Shown here one piece after another: positions 12,553 through 26,424 of a stretch of DNA of 64,000 nucleotides. The notes under the pieces are model-generated. The model saw only the letters and a program-made list of their open reading frames with translations. It was not told the DNA's origin and ran no database searches. Position 1 is the first letter of the stretch, and each line of letters opens with the position of its first letter. The position numbers were made by a program, and so were the translations under genes. This stretch comes from Eledone cirrhosa (Eukaryota): NCBI GenBank assembly GCA_964016885.1, contig OZ024756.1:31124001-31188000 (forward strand), read 5' to 3'.

Positions 12553-13163
12553 GGTGTCTGCCAACTCGTTTTCGAGTACGGCCACTACTTTATATCCATG
12601 TAGGAGAACCCCTACCGATGCGCTGAACGAGTGTGACATTTTAGTCCAGCCAGCGACTTGAAAACTCTGGTACAAACACTACACTTGTGACAATTACTGA
12701 CACATAGTGCTGGGCCCATGGTACCATGTGATGACAAGTGCAGAGAGATCTCCAGATATAAAGCAATGCCTGTGCCGTGAAGCTTTTATAGTGAGCAAAG
12801 GCACTGCACAAAGCCAGCCCCACTCTCTTAACCGAGATGATATTTACCAAAAAGAAGAACAAGTCAACATCATTGGATACCATCAGGGTTACAGGTGTTA
12901 TATCAGAGTTTTCCTTCTCGTAGAATTCTGCCTTGACAAAGGCTAAGGGGTCATCTCTCCTGGTGATTTTGGATGGCCATTGACTCTTAAGAGCTCCTTT
13001 GCCCTTTGACAGGTTTTGTTTTTAGTCCTGCAGGATGTCCAAAGTCACCCTCCTCACCAAGAAACCTTGGTGGGGTTGCCAGTTTAGTCGCCAACGACCC
13101 GACCATGAGACAGGTTGTACTGGGATACATGTTACCAGTAGCACCAACTGGTGACCTGACCAT
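12553..13163 (-). mobile_element. Non-autonomous bipartite RTE derivative (~610 bp: 5'UTR-like part + last C2H2 finger + 3' end), copy 1
   Basis: Shares AAAAGAAGAA..TCAACATCAT and GAGAAGG motifs with the RTE 5'UTR; encodes CSVCTRVFKSLAGLK; ends CTCGAAAACGAG..(ATGT)n. Confidence 0.85.
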
Positions 13164-13579
13164 AGCATACATACATACATACATACATACATACATACAT
13201 ACATACATACATACATACATGCATACGTACATACATACGTACATACATACATACGTACATACATACATACGTACATACATACGTACACACAAGCCAGATA
13301 AATTGATCTTGTTATCATTTCTTTAATATCTGTCTTCCCCGTAGCAGCTGTTGCTCCTGCTGCTGAAACTCCCTCTGTTGTGCTGCTGCACCTCCTTATT
13401 CGCGTTCGTTTAATGTAAACATGTAATTCTGTAATTCATTATACTTGTTCGGCTTCTGTTTGTTTCTTTTATGTTATCTTGTTGTTTTGTTTATTAACTT
13501 ATTCACAAATTTTTCTCCTCCCCATTTTTTCTTTCTCTCTCTCTCTCTCTCTCTCTGCATCTCTCTCTCTCTCTCTCTC

Positions 13580-13644
<65 letters not shown>

Positions 13645-13740
13645 ATATATATATATGCGTGTTGTGAGTGTGTGTGTGTGCGTGTGTGTATGTAATATAT
13701 ATAGATGTATATGCATATATATATGTATTTGTATATGTAC

Positions 13741-13773
<33 letters not shown>

Positions 13774-13774
13774 C

Positions 13775-13845
<71 letters not shown>

Positions 13846-13983
13846 TAAATATATTTGTATATATATATATATTTATTTATATATCGCTCTCACTCTCTCT
13901 TTTTCTCTCTCTCTCTCTTTTACCCTATTCAGACACACTCTCATATAAACATACAGAAACACACACGGATACAAGCACACACA

Positions 13984-14015
<32 letters not shown>

Positions 14016-14678
14016 CACCCACACTAAATATACACACCATCTCTGTATCTTTGTCTCTATCTGTTTCTCCATTACATTTTACCCATTTCAGCCAACCTCT
14101 CATAGCCATACAAACATACATAGGCACACTAAACATACCCACTACATCTCTCTCTATCTCTCTATCTCAGTTTCTCTCTCTATATATCTCTCTATATATC
14201 TCTCTATATATCTCTCTATATATCTCTCTATATATCTCTCTATATATCTCTCTATATATCTCTCTATATATCTCTCTCTCTATATATATATATATCTCTA
14301 CGTTCTTGTCTATCTATCTTGTTAGTAGATAGCGGAATAAATCAATGGTACACATCAATTGGTTTTATTGTAAGCCAAACAACTCAGACCAGCTTTAAGG
14401 CAAACTTGAAATAAGCCTATTACGCAAGACTGTCGACATCTGAATACGATATTTTTCTTAGCAGTATAGTGTAAATATATCATTGTTATATGCCAAAAAT
14501 GTAAAGTGTTTTCTTAGCCGTTGCTGACGTTTATTCTATGCTTTTAAGTGATTGCCTCAGTACAGTCATATAGAAAGATAGACAGATAGACAGCAAGAAG
14601 GAAAGAAAGAAAGGAAGGAAGGAAGAATGGAAAGAAGAAGAGAATGAAATATATTTATGGAAACATCAACATATATAT

Positions 14679-14724
<46 letters not shown>

Positions 14725-14746
14725 TATATACATATATATGTACATG

Positions 14747-14777
<31 letters not shown>

Positions 14778-14782
14778 GTATG

Positions 14783-14819
<37 letters not shown>

Positions 14820-14826
14820 GTATATA

Positions 14827-14875
<49 letters not shown>

Positions 14876-15217
14876 GTATATATAGCAAGTTAGATAGATA
14901 CAATGGGAGATAGGTAGATGAAAATGGGGTAATACATTTGACAATCTAGTTTGGCAGGTAGTTAAAATCGAAACGATTTACAATTTCTCCCACGTAAATC
15001 AAAGTAAATTGCCAATAAATCGATATTTGTATTTATATGATCGAACACACACATAAATTCTCATATGTCCACATAAACACTTGCACCTCGACATATATAG
15101 GTGTTCGACTGTGAGTGTGTCTCTAGATGCGTCTTTGTCTATGTGTGAGTATGTGTGGTTGTTGGTTTGGGTTTGGAGGGTGATGGGTTGTATGTTGTTT
15201 GTGAGTATGTACATTAC

Positions 15218-15265
<48 letters not shown>

Positions 15266-15333
15266 ATGTATGTATATATATATATATGTATAAATATATA
15301 TATACATATGTATATATATATATATATGTATAA

Positions 15334-15417
<84 letters not shown>

Positions 15418-15669
15418 AGAACTTTTTGCTTTTTGAAAAAAGTGAATCCGTTTGTAGCTTCAAATAACTAAAAATGGTAGTGAATATGTATGTGTTTCTA
15501 TATGTGTAAGTGCACAAGTATGTGTCTGTGTGTTTACATGTGTGTATATGTATGTGTGTATGTATGAGAAATAACAAAAGAAATGTGCTCTATAGAAAAT
15601 AAGCCACTAGAAATTACATACATGATCCTTGAAATATTAGTTACTCTGGTTACTCGTGATTGAACATGA

Positions 15670-15819
<150 letters not shown>

Positions 15820-15914
15820 ATATATGGGCAAAGGCTTCAAAAACATCATCTTTGTCTGTTCCTTTGTCGTTTTAATTTGGATTGCCTCGGGAACGTAACC
15901 TTATTATGTAAGAA

Positions 15915-15989
15915 GCTGTCTGATGAAATCATGGCACTGAGTACGAGGAAACGCGTGGCCACTGTTGTCTTTGAAATATGTATAACAGC
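15915..15989 (+). ncRNA. Type I hammerhead ribozyme in a short element between CA and TA tracts
   Basis: GCTGT-CTGATGA-(long, loose stem II)-GAAA-TATGTA-TA-ACAGC; AATAAA follows. Confidence 0.7.
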
Positions 15990-16038
15990 CTTATCAATAA
16001 AAGACTTCAACATCTGAAACTACATCACATTTTCTTAT

Positions 16039-16097
<59 letters not shown>

Positions 16098-16103
<6 letters not shown>

Positions 16104-16310
16104 GGACCAGAATTCATGTTTAACTTGATTATTTATAGATCTATTAAAACAAATTCAGGTGAGCGAGCCAGACAATCCACAGGCCCTCACCTCCCAATCC
16201 AACGATCAGGGAAAAGACATAAAATAATAAATTAAAACAATACAATAACAATAAAAGAACCATGTTAAGAAATATAAGTAACAAGCGAGTCTCAAGAATT
16301 CTGGCCCACC

Positions 16311-16313
<3 letters not shown>
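16098..16313. mobile_element. Tc1/mariner-type MITE in (TA)n
   Basis: Terminal inverted repeats AGGGTGGACCAGAATTC / GAATTCTGGCCCACCCTG with TA on both sides. Confidence 0.75.
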
Positions 16314-16346
<33 letters not shown>

Positions 16347-16644
16347 ATAATAATAAATGCGAAGACTAAAATCCCAAGAGGGCTCGATAAGGATAAATAT
16401 ATATCAAATATATAAGAACCATAGACCAAATATTTATTAACATAACATATATATATATATTATATATATGTGTGTGTGTGTGTGTGTGTATGTGTGTGTG
16501 TGTGGGGGGGGGTGTAAATGAAGTAATTCCGTCGGAAAAGTCCAGGAAAAAAGAGTGCTCTATGTAGGTAACAGAGCTTCCAACAGTAATGGTTGCATTC
16601 TTTAAGGGCATGTCAATATTTATTTATAAAACTGCTCTATATTA

Positions 16645-16709
16645 TATTTTACCTGATGAAAGCACACCATAATTTAACTTGGTGTCCTTGAAATATGTAT
16701 AATGAAATA
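16645..16709 (+). ncRNA. Type I hammerhead ribozyme, family H1
   Basis: TATTTTAC-CTGATGA-aagcACACCA..TGGTGTcctt-GAAA-TATGTA-TA-ATGAAATA; downstream flank matches the 4150-4200 and 47735-47778 copies. Confidence 0.8.
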
Positions 16710-16836
16710 AATATGGTTTTATAAATATAGTTTCCATTTGTTAATATCGTATTTTTACTCCAATTATTTGTTGAGTGCTTTATATCAGTTATAAAAATAT
16801 TTGCTTGTTGTATCCCAACAATTTAAATTGAACTTT

Positions 16837-16920
<84 letters not shown>

Positions 16921-16924
<4 letters not shown>

Positions 16925-17338
16925 AAACACAAAACGTGTATGCATTGCAACAGACAAAGTTAGCTATTAATGAAATAAACTAATTAAAGTGAATACAATT
17001 TGTCTGTCTCGATATAAGTCAATAAAGACAAGCTTATATTGGCAAACACAGAAGATTTGGAGATTTCACTTTTTATTTCAATTCCATTTCGATTCTCTTT
17101 ATTTTTCAATTCACGTACCATCGTTGCGAAAGATATTTAGGTTTCGAAATTCAAATTCGTCTACGGAGCGGGTTTGGATTTTGAAGTTTAGATTTGTCCA
17201 GGAATCACGGCCTTTGCCAATATAAGCTTGTCTTTATTGACTTATATCGAGACAGACAAATTGTATTCACTTTAATTAGTTTATTTCATTAATAGCTAAC
17301 TTTGTCTGTTGCAATGCATACACGTTTTGTGTTTATCA
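16921..17338. repeat. 126-bp perfect inverted repeat with 166-bp spacer, beginning at (TA)n
   Basis: 16921-17046 is the reverse complement of 17213-17338. Confidence 0.95.
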
Positions 17339-17410
17339 TATATTTAACTGCTCGGAAATGTCCCTTTCTTGGAGCTGATTTATTGTAAACGACTGAGAGT
17401 TTAATCTCAA

Positions 17411-17464
<54 letters not shown>

Positions 17465-17573
17465 CCAATTCCTCAGAGAAATAACAACCCAACCAGGAGC
17501 TGGACATATCGGAGTATTGACGGAGTAAAACACTTTAACAACATGCGTACCTGTCTCTACCACACCAATTCAG

Positions 17574-17628
17574 ACTGCCTGAAGAGGTCACAACCAATGA
17601 TGGCTGTCACCGAAATATATATTGCAGT
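17574..17628 (+). ncRNA. Type I hammerhead ribozyme in a TA-embedded element (~17461-17793)
   Basis: ACTGC-CTGAAGA-GGTcACAaCCA..TGGcTGTcACC-GAAA-TATATA-TT-GCAGT; AATAAA follows. Confidence 0.8.
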
Positions 17629-18147
17629 ACATCTTTAATAAACGAAGCCAAATTTTAAATATTTGACTTAATTATTTTATTTTATATATATATATATCCA
17701 CTGGACTAGAACTGTTTCATTCTATATTAAATATTTATACTCTGCAATGTATTGAGTACCTTACTTACTGTGGTTACCCCCGATTGAACCCGGGATATAT
17801 ATATATATATATATATGCTGACAGTGTGTTTATGCAAGTGCATATGTCCGTGAGCGTCTATATATCTTGGTGTATATTTGTATATATAAATATATATGAC
17901 TGTATGATTGACCTAGACTGTGTGCAAATAAAGCGACTATTTATCTTAATACCATCATATATTGAGACTTAGCACAGTTTTACTGCACTATTTAGTACAA
18001 GTCTGATGCTATAATTAAGTTAAAATTACACTGGCTATCTTGAACATTACGCTCTGACCCAGGAGATATATTATACATATTTAAATATTTAAATATATAC
18101 ATAGATGTGTGTGTATATATGTATATATGTATATATATATGTATATA

Positions 18148-18248
<101 letters not shown>

Positions 18249-18377
18249 ATATGTATATATGTATATGTATGTATATATATACACATATATATATATACAT
18301 GTATATACACACACACTCATATATATATATACATATATATACACACACACACATATATATACATATATATACATATA

Positions 18378-18412
<35 letters not shown>

Positions 18413-18509
18413 ATATATATGTGTGTTTCTATATATATAAATATAAATATCTATAATGTGTATATATTTATATATATATGTATATAGATATATACACATA
18501 TGAATACAA

Positions 18510-18563
<54 letters not shown>

Positions 18564-19394
18564 GTACAATTATATATACACATACATACAATCATACATA
18601 CATTCATTTAGGCCCACACATTTAGAGGGATAATGTGATAATGTGATAAAGAAAGAAGATGGAGTAGAGGGGTGCTGGTGGTAGTAGTGGCGGTAGTAGT
18701 GGCGGTGGTACTGGTTGGTGGTGGTGGTGGTGGTGGTGTAAAATGGAGGTCTGCTATTAACATTTGAACATATCAATTTTGATAGACTAATGAATATAAA
18801 TGAATGCGTATTGTCAACATCGTTCCATCGCTATCTCTTAAGATCAAATATGTCCATGATGTTTGTATGATGTATGCATTGAAATCACGAGCTTCGTATA
18901 TATATATATATATATTACTATACATATATACATCTAATATAAAAAATCACATATGTCTTCTATCCTGATCGATTTTGAGGACGTGCGTTCCAGTTGGTTA
19001 GATGAATGGAATAAACTTCTCGTGAAATTAACGTACACGCCACTGGACATTCCACTCCATAGTTACGTGAACATTTTTGAACATTGTTGCTCCACTCAAC
19101 CCAGCTGGGGCTGGGGGAGTTAACTCTTCGAAGGGCTAGCGTCATGTCCAGAGGGTAGTCTTGAACTCTCAGTCGCTTAATATCAATGCAACTGGGATAA
19201 GACTTTAACCCTGCGATAGACTGGCGTTATATCCAGGGGGAGTCATTCTCAGGGAGATTCAGCTTGAGTCATAATGTGAAAAAGTTGGATCTTATAATTT
19301 CAGCTACAGCTCAGGGGTTTGGGCTCGGAATGAACTGGAATAACGTGAAATAAAATGTCTTCCTCTAGCAATGCCAGATTTACAATTATGCTTA

Positions 19395-19640
19395 GGTGTG
19401 CTTAAGCAAATCTAGTCTCACGAGCCACAGTCGCAGCCATGTTCAAAGAGAACCAGTGAACTATGATGTCCACTATATTATGAAGGTTCACAGGCAACCT
19501 GATGCAAGACCTGTGGCCAGGGAAATCCATAGTGCGAAGGAGTTCAAGTCTCTAGCAGGCTTGAAAAGCCATATCCGATTATCACACATCTTAATATGAC
19601 AAGCGATTGCAATACTCTTAGCAGAGTTTGCAGCCATCAT
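19395..19640 (+). mobile_element. Diverged, internally deleted 3' fragment of a related RTE (zinc-finger region)
   Basis: CLSKSSLTSHSRSH..., CKTCG, KEFKSLAGLKSHIR; ends GCAGCCATC(ATGT)n. Confidence 0.8.
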
Positions 19641-19690
19641 GTATGTATGTGTGTATGTATGTGTGTCTGTATGTATATATGTATGTATGA

Positions 19691-20295
19691 ATGTCAGATC
19701 ACCAGTTGGTGCTACTGGTAACATGTATCCCAGTACAATCTGTCTCATGGTCGGGTCGTTGGTGACTAAACTGGCAACCCCACCAAGGTTTCTTGGTGAG
19801 GAGGGTGACTTTGGACATCCTGCAGGACTAAAAACAAAACCTGTCAAAGGGCAAAGGAGCTCTTAAGAGTCAATGGCCATCCAAAATCACTGGGAGAGAT
19901 GACCCCTTAGCCTTTGTCAAGGCAGAATTCTAGAAGGAAAACTCTGATATAATACCTGCAACCCTGATGGTATCCAATGATGTTGACTTGTTCTTCTTTT
20001 TGGTAAATATCATCTTGGTTACGAGAGTGGGACTGGCTTTGTGCAGTGCCTTTGCTCACTATAAAAGCTTCACGGCACAGGCATTGCTTTATATCTGGAG
20101 ATCTCTCTGCACTTGTCGTCACATGGTACTATGGGCCCAGCACTGTGTCAATAATTGTCACAAGTGTAGTGTTTGTACCAGAGTTTTCAAGTCGCTGGCT
20201 GGACTAAAAAGTCACACTGGTTCAGTGCATCGGTAGGGGTTCTCCTACATGGATATAAAGTAGTGGCCGTACTCGAAAACGAGTTGGCAGCCACC
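19691..20295 (+). mobile_element. Non-autonomous bipartite RTE derivative, copy 2
   Basis: Collinear and highly similar to 12553-13163 with the same two ends; encodes HKCSVCTRVFKSLAGLKSHTGSVHR*. Confidence 0.85.
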
Positions 20296-21491
20296 ATGTA
20301 TGTATGTATGTATGTACGTATGTACGTATGTATTTACCTACGTATGTATATATGTATGTATGTACGTATGTACGTATGTATGTATGTATTCCCCTTCTAA
20401 AAACCATTCTAAATTCACACACACACACACACACACGCATACACGCACAAATAGATATACATATATACATAAGTTTGTGAGTGCACATGAGCCTCGTTAT
20501 GGGTATGTATGTGTGCGTTTGTGTGTGTTTGTTTGTGTAAGTGTTTGTGCATGTGTTTGTGTGTATGTTTGTGTGTATGTGTGTATGTGTGCATGTGTTT
20601 ATGCGTGAATGCGTGTGTATTTCTGTTTGTGTTTGTGTGTGTGTGATTGAGTGTCTGTGTTTTTGTGCTGTGTGTATATGTTTGTGTATGTATGTGTGTG
20701 TGTGTAACTTTGTATGTATGTAGGTGTGTGTGTGTAACTTTGTGTGTATGTTTTCGTGTTTGTGTGTGATTGTGTTTGTTTGTGTGTGTCTGTGTATGTA
20801 TGTATCTGTATCTGAATCTTTGTCTGTGCTTATGTATGTGTGTGTGTTTATCTGTGTGTGATTCTGTGAGCGTTGTCTTTGTGTGTATGTTTTTTTTTTG
20901 TGATTGTGTGTACTTGTGTGTGTGTGTGTGTGTGTGCCTGTGTATATGTGTATCTGAATCTGTATCTGTATCTGTGTATGTGCCTTTGTATGTGTATGTG
21001 TGTGAGTCTATGTGTGTGTGTTTAACTTTGTCTGTATGCTTTTGTGTGTGTCTCTCTGTATGTGTGAATCTGTATCTGTGTATGTGTATGTATATGTGTG
21101 TGTGTGTGTGAGAAAGAGTCTGTGTGTTTATGTGTGTCAGTATATATGTGTGTGTGTGTGTGAGAAAGAGTCTGTGTGTTTATGTGTGTCAGTATATATG
21201 TGTGTGTTATCGTTTTTCTCTCATGTAAAGATAATCACTTCTAAATACAATAAATAGGTATTTACATTTTTTTCGATTAAAAATGAATTTTTTTCTATCT
21301 TATCTTAAGATTATAAATATTTATATATAATTCAAAATATCGGTGTTTAAGTACGAAAAAGATCGATATATAATTTAACGTGGTTATGATTAAGAACTGC
21401 TCTATATATTCAACTGAATTATTTCTGATTTATTATAGGTCATAATTCAACTTATTTAATAGGTTTGCTGGTGTAACAATGATTATATTAG

Positions 21492-21687
21492 CTCTTCTTC
21501 TTCTTCTTCTTCTTCTTCTTCTTCTTCTTCTTCTTCTTCTTCTTCTTCTTCTTCTTCTTCTTCTTCTTCTTGTTCTTCTTCTTCTTCTTCTTCTTCTTCT
21601 TCTTCCTCTTCCACTTCTTCTTCTTCTTCTTGTTCTTCTTCTTCTTCCTCTTCCACTTCTTCTTCTTCTTCTTCTTCTTCCTCTTCC

Positions 21688-21718
<31 letters not shown>

Positions 21719-21804
21719 CTTCCTCTTCCTCTTCTTCTTCTTCTTCTTGTTCTTCTTCTTCTTCCTCTTCCACTTCTTCTTCTTCTTCTTCTTCTTCCTC
21801 TTCC

Positions 21805-21835
<31 letters not shown>

Positions 21836-21879
21836 CTTCCTCTTCCACTTCTTCTTCTTCTTCTTCTTCTTCCTCTTCC

Positions 21880-21910
<31 letters not shown>

Positions 21911-22026
21911 CTTGTTCTTCTTGTTCTTCTTCTTCTTCTTCTTCCTCTTCCACTTCTTCTTCTTCTTCTTGTTCTTCTTCTTCTTCCTCTTCCACTTCTT
22001 CTTCTTCTTCTTCTTCTTCCTCTTCC

Positions 22027-22057
<31 letters not shown>

Positions 22058-22143
22058 CTTCCTCTTCCACTTCTTCTTCTTCTTCTTGTTCTTCTTCTTC
22101 TTCCTCTTCCACTTCTTCTTCTTCTTCTTCTTCTTCCTCTTCC

Positions 22144-22174
<31 letters not shown>

Positions 22175-22371
22175 CCTCTTCCTCTTCTTCTTCTTCTTCT
22201 TCTTCTTCTTCTTCTTCCTCTTCCACTTCTTCTTCTTCTTCTTGTTCTTTTTCTTCCTCTTCCTCTTCCTCTTCCTCTTCTTCTTCCTCTTCCTCTTCTT
22301 CTTCTTCTTCTTCCTCTCCCACTTCCTCTTCTTCTTCTTCTTCTTCTTCTTCTTCTTCTTCTTCTTCTTCC

Positions 22372-22402
<31 letters not shown>

Positions 22403-22432
22403 CCCCTTCTTCTTCTTCTTCTTCTTTTTCCC

Positions 22433-22474
<42 letters not shown>

Positions 22475-23040
22475 TTTCTTCTTCTTCTTCTTCTTCTTCC
22501 CCTTCTTCTTCTTCTTCTTCTTCTTCTTCTTCTTCTTCTTCTTCTTCTTCTTCTTCTTCTTCTTCTTCTTCTTCCCCTTCTTCTTCTTCTTCTTCTTCCC
22601 TTTCTTCTTCTTCTTCTTCTTCTTCCCCTTCTTCTTCTTCCCTTTCTTCTTCCCTTTCTTCTTCCCCTTCTTCTTCTTCTTCTTCTTCCCTTTCTTCTTC
22701 TTCTTCTTCCCCTTCTTCTTCTTCCCTTTCTTCTTCCCTTTCTTCTTCCCCTTCTTCTTCTTCTTCTTCTTCTTTTTCCCCTTCTTCTTCTTCTTCTTCT
22801 TCTTCTTCTTCTTCTTCTTCTTCTTTTTCTTCTTCTTCTTCTTCTTCTTCTTCTTCTTCTTCTTTTTCTTCTTCTTCTTCCCCTTCTTCTTCTTCTTCTT
22901 CTTCTTCTTCTTCTTCTTCTTCTTCTTCTTCTTCTTCCCCTTCTTCTTCTTCTTCTTCTTCTTCTTCTTCTTCCTCTTCCTCTTCTTCTTCTTCTTCTTC
23001 TTCTTCTTCTTCTTCTTCTTTTTCTTCTTCTTCTTCTTGC
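21492..23040. repeat. ~1.5-kb (CTT)n polypyrimidine tract with variant triplets, followed by (GTT)n-rich sequence to ~23385
   Basis: Direct reading. Confidence 0.97.
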
Positions 23041-23389
23041 TGTTGATATCGGTGTTGTTGTTGTTGCTCTTTTTCTTGTTGTTGTTCAAGTTCTTGGCGT
23101 TGATATTGTTGTTGTTATTGTTGCTGTTCTTTTTGTTGCCGTTGTTGTTGTTGTTGTTGCTTTGTAGTTGCTGTTGATGGTGTTCTTGTTGTTGCCGCTG
23201 TTGTTGTTGTCGTCGTTGTTGTTGTTGTTGTTGTTGTTATTGTTATTCTTCGTCTTGTCATTTTTGTTGTTGTTGTTGTTACTGTTATTGATGCTACTGC
23301 CGTTGTTGTTATTGTTATTGTTGCTTTGTAGTTGCTGTTGTTGTTGTACTTGTTGTTGCTGTTATTGTTGTTGCTTCTGTCGCTACTAC

Positions 23390-23595
23390 TGCGTCGGACA
23401 CCCTGCTCATTGCGGCATAGACTTACGGCTCTTTACGTTTCAGTTCAAATCCCGCTGAGGTTACCTTTGCCTTTCATCCTTACGAGGTCGATAAAATAAA
23501 ATAAAATAGAATAAAGAGTCACCTACTGGAATCGATTTATTCGTCTTTCGCTTCCCCCAAAATGCTGGCCGTGTGCCTTAATCAGAAACCATCAT
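23390..23595 (+). mobile_element. SINE family A
   Basis: GTTCAAATCCCG B-box, family body and tail. Confidence 0.8.
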
Positions 23596-23651
23596 TTATC
23601 TCGTGATTGAACCTAAACCGAACATAGGTTATTGCATAAAATGATTATATG

Positions 23652-23770
23652 CTCAGTGCTAGAGTTTGATATTGCTTTCTCAAAGCACCGATCGGTTATG
23701 CGAGTAGATATAAACATACTCTCGAGCCATCCTTTCTTGATGCAGCAGAAAATCCATGCTGTAACAGCCG

Positions 23771-23849
<79 letters not shown>

Positions 23850-23880
23850 GCACCAAACTGAGTAGGTACTTTCTTTATTT
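23652..23880. repeat. Dispersed repeat with internal (GA)n, also at 28628-28875
   Basis: TTCTCAAAGCA.CGATCG..ATGCGAG..TCCATGCTG.AACAGCC.AAAAG(AG)nCTGCACCAA is shared by both sites. Confidence 0.8.
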
Positions 23881-24506
23881 TTTTGTTTTGTTTTTGTTTT
23901 TTGTTGTTTTGCTTTATATGTACATAAGTATATGAACACTTTAAAACAAATATCTTTTTTATGGAAAAAGGTAAAAGATTTAATCAAATGTATTTTCGAT
24001 TAATGCTTACATGGCTTACATGGAGTCTTGTCAACAGCTACTAGAAATACAAAATTCGATTAAGTGTGCGAGTTGTAAGGACATCACTCACTCCATTAAT
24101 CTGGCTGTCACATAGCTGAATTATTTTATCAAAATAAGATAATATATTTGTGGTATTTTGAAGACAAGACTGTATTTCTGTTTAATGATTTACATTAAAG
24201 ATGTTTTATGTTAACGTTGGACAATAAGGATTCAAATAAGTCATACATGTAATTGAAAGGACCTGCCAAATCCTCACAACTCACACTAGGTCTATTAAAG
24301 TTTAATGGCTTCCTTCCTCTGTGGTATTTTCTGACTAACATTATGACACTACCACCAGAATGGATATGAAACTCTTATTGTTGCATAGTAAAGCGTATCC
24401 TAAAAAATCTATAGTAAGTTGAATTTAAATTGGAACACAGTCGTATCTTGAAAGCAACAGGTCTGAAAGAAAACCTTATTCCGATATATAGAGATTAATG
24501 CGTGAA

Positions 24507-24551
<45 letters not shown>

Positions 24552-24554
<3 letters not shown>

Positions 24555-24722
24555 CAGCGTATTTTTTTTACTAAAGAAATTTTAGTCTGATAATGGGGTT
24601 TACAACCCTCAGATAAATGGAAAAAAGATGATTACATCAATACTCATCTTTCTCCATTTATCTGAGGGTTCTAAACCCCATTATCAGACTAAATTTTCTT
24701 TAGTCAAAAAAATACGGTGAAA
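24552..24722. repeat. ~80-bp-arm imperfect fold-back palindrome in a TA-embedded element
   Basis: 24552-24631 pairs with 24644-24722. Confidence 0.9.
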
Positions 24723-24783
24723 GCTATTCTATTTCTAATTTCAAACCTGCTCACTGTTTCAAAACATACTTACTTGTCATATA

Positions 24784-24869
<86 letters not shown>

Positions 24870-25008
24870 AAGTCTGTTAAGTATTTCCGTAGAAATGGTA
24901 AACGAAAGAAGAGTGTTCAATGTATTGTACAGGGCTATTTAATTACACACATATATATATATACATATATATACATATACATATGCATATACATATACAT
25001 ATACATAT

Positions 25009-25118
<110 letters not shown>

Positions 25119-25127
25119 TTATATATA

Positions 25128-25248
<121 letters not shown>

Positions 25249-25898
25249 ATATATGATCATATGTAAATATATGATGAATACTTAGATATATGCATACATA
25301 ATTCATATATACATACATACATACATACATACATACATACATACATACATACATACATACATACATACATACATACATACATACATACAATATACGCACA
25401 CACATACGCAGATACATATATCTATATCGACTATTAACATATATAAAAAAACGTAAAATATATAAATATATGCTGCTTAAAACTAAAAACAAAATGGAAG
25501 CCAACATAATTATATTACCTAACGAGGCGCATTATTGTTTTATATATATGTATTTTGCTGTTTTGGGTGAATTGTTTTATTTATATTTTTTTCATTAACA
25601 ACACAACATGTTTAGTTGAATCGGCTTAATTATGCAGTTGGAGAAAAGGCGCTTATAGAAATGATTTGCATAACTATCGCATTTGTAACGTTTAATACGA
25701 TATCGCATTATGAAGGGTTGTTCTAAATTCTAGACACAGGAATATCATTAGTATATAACCTCGTGGTTAAAGACGTATATATGTATCATCTTATTATTTT
25801 GCTTGTGCTGGAATTTTCTTGAAGATATACATGCTTATTAATGAGGCTTATGGATCCAGTTGGATCCAGATAATTGTTGCCTGATATCGGAACGCATT

Positions 25899-26424
<526 letters not shown>

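Noticed and set aside
21479-23177. Long ORFs of 296-562 aa (poly-L, E, K, F)
   Set aside because: Stop-free translations of the (CTT)n tract in several frames; no coding complexity
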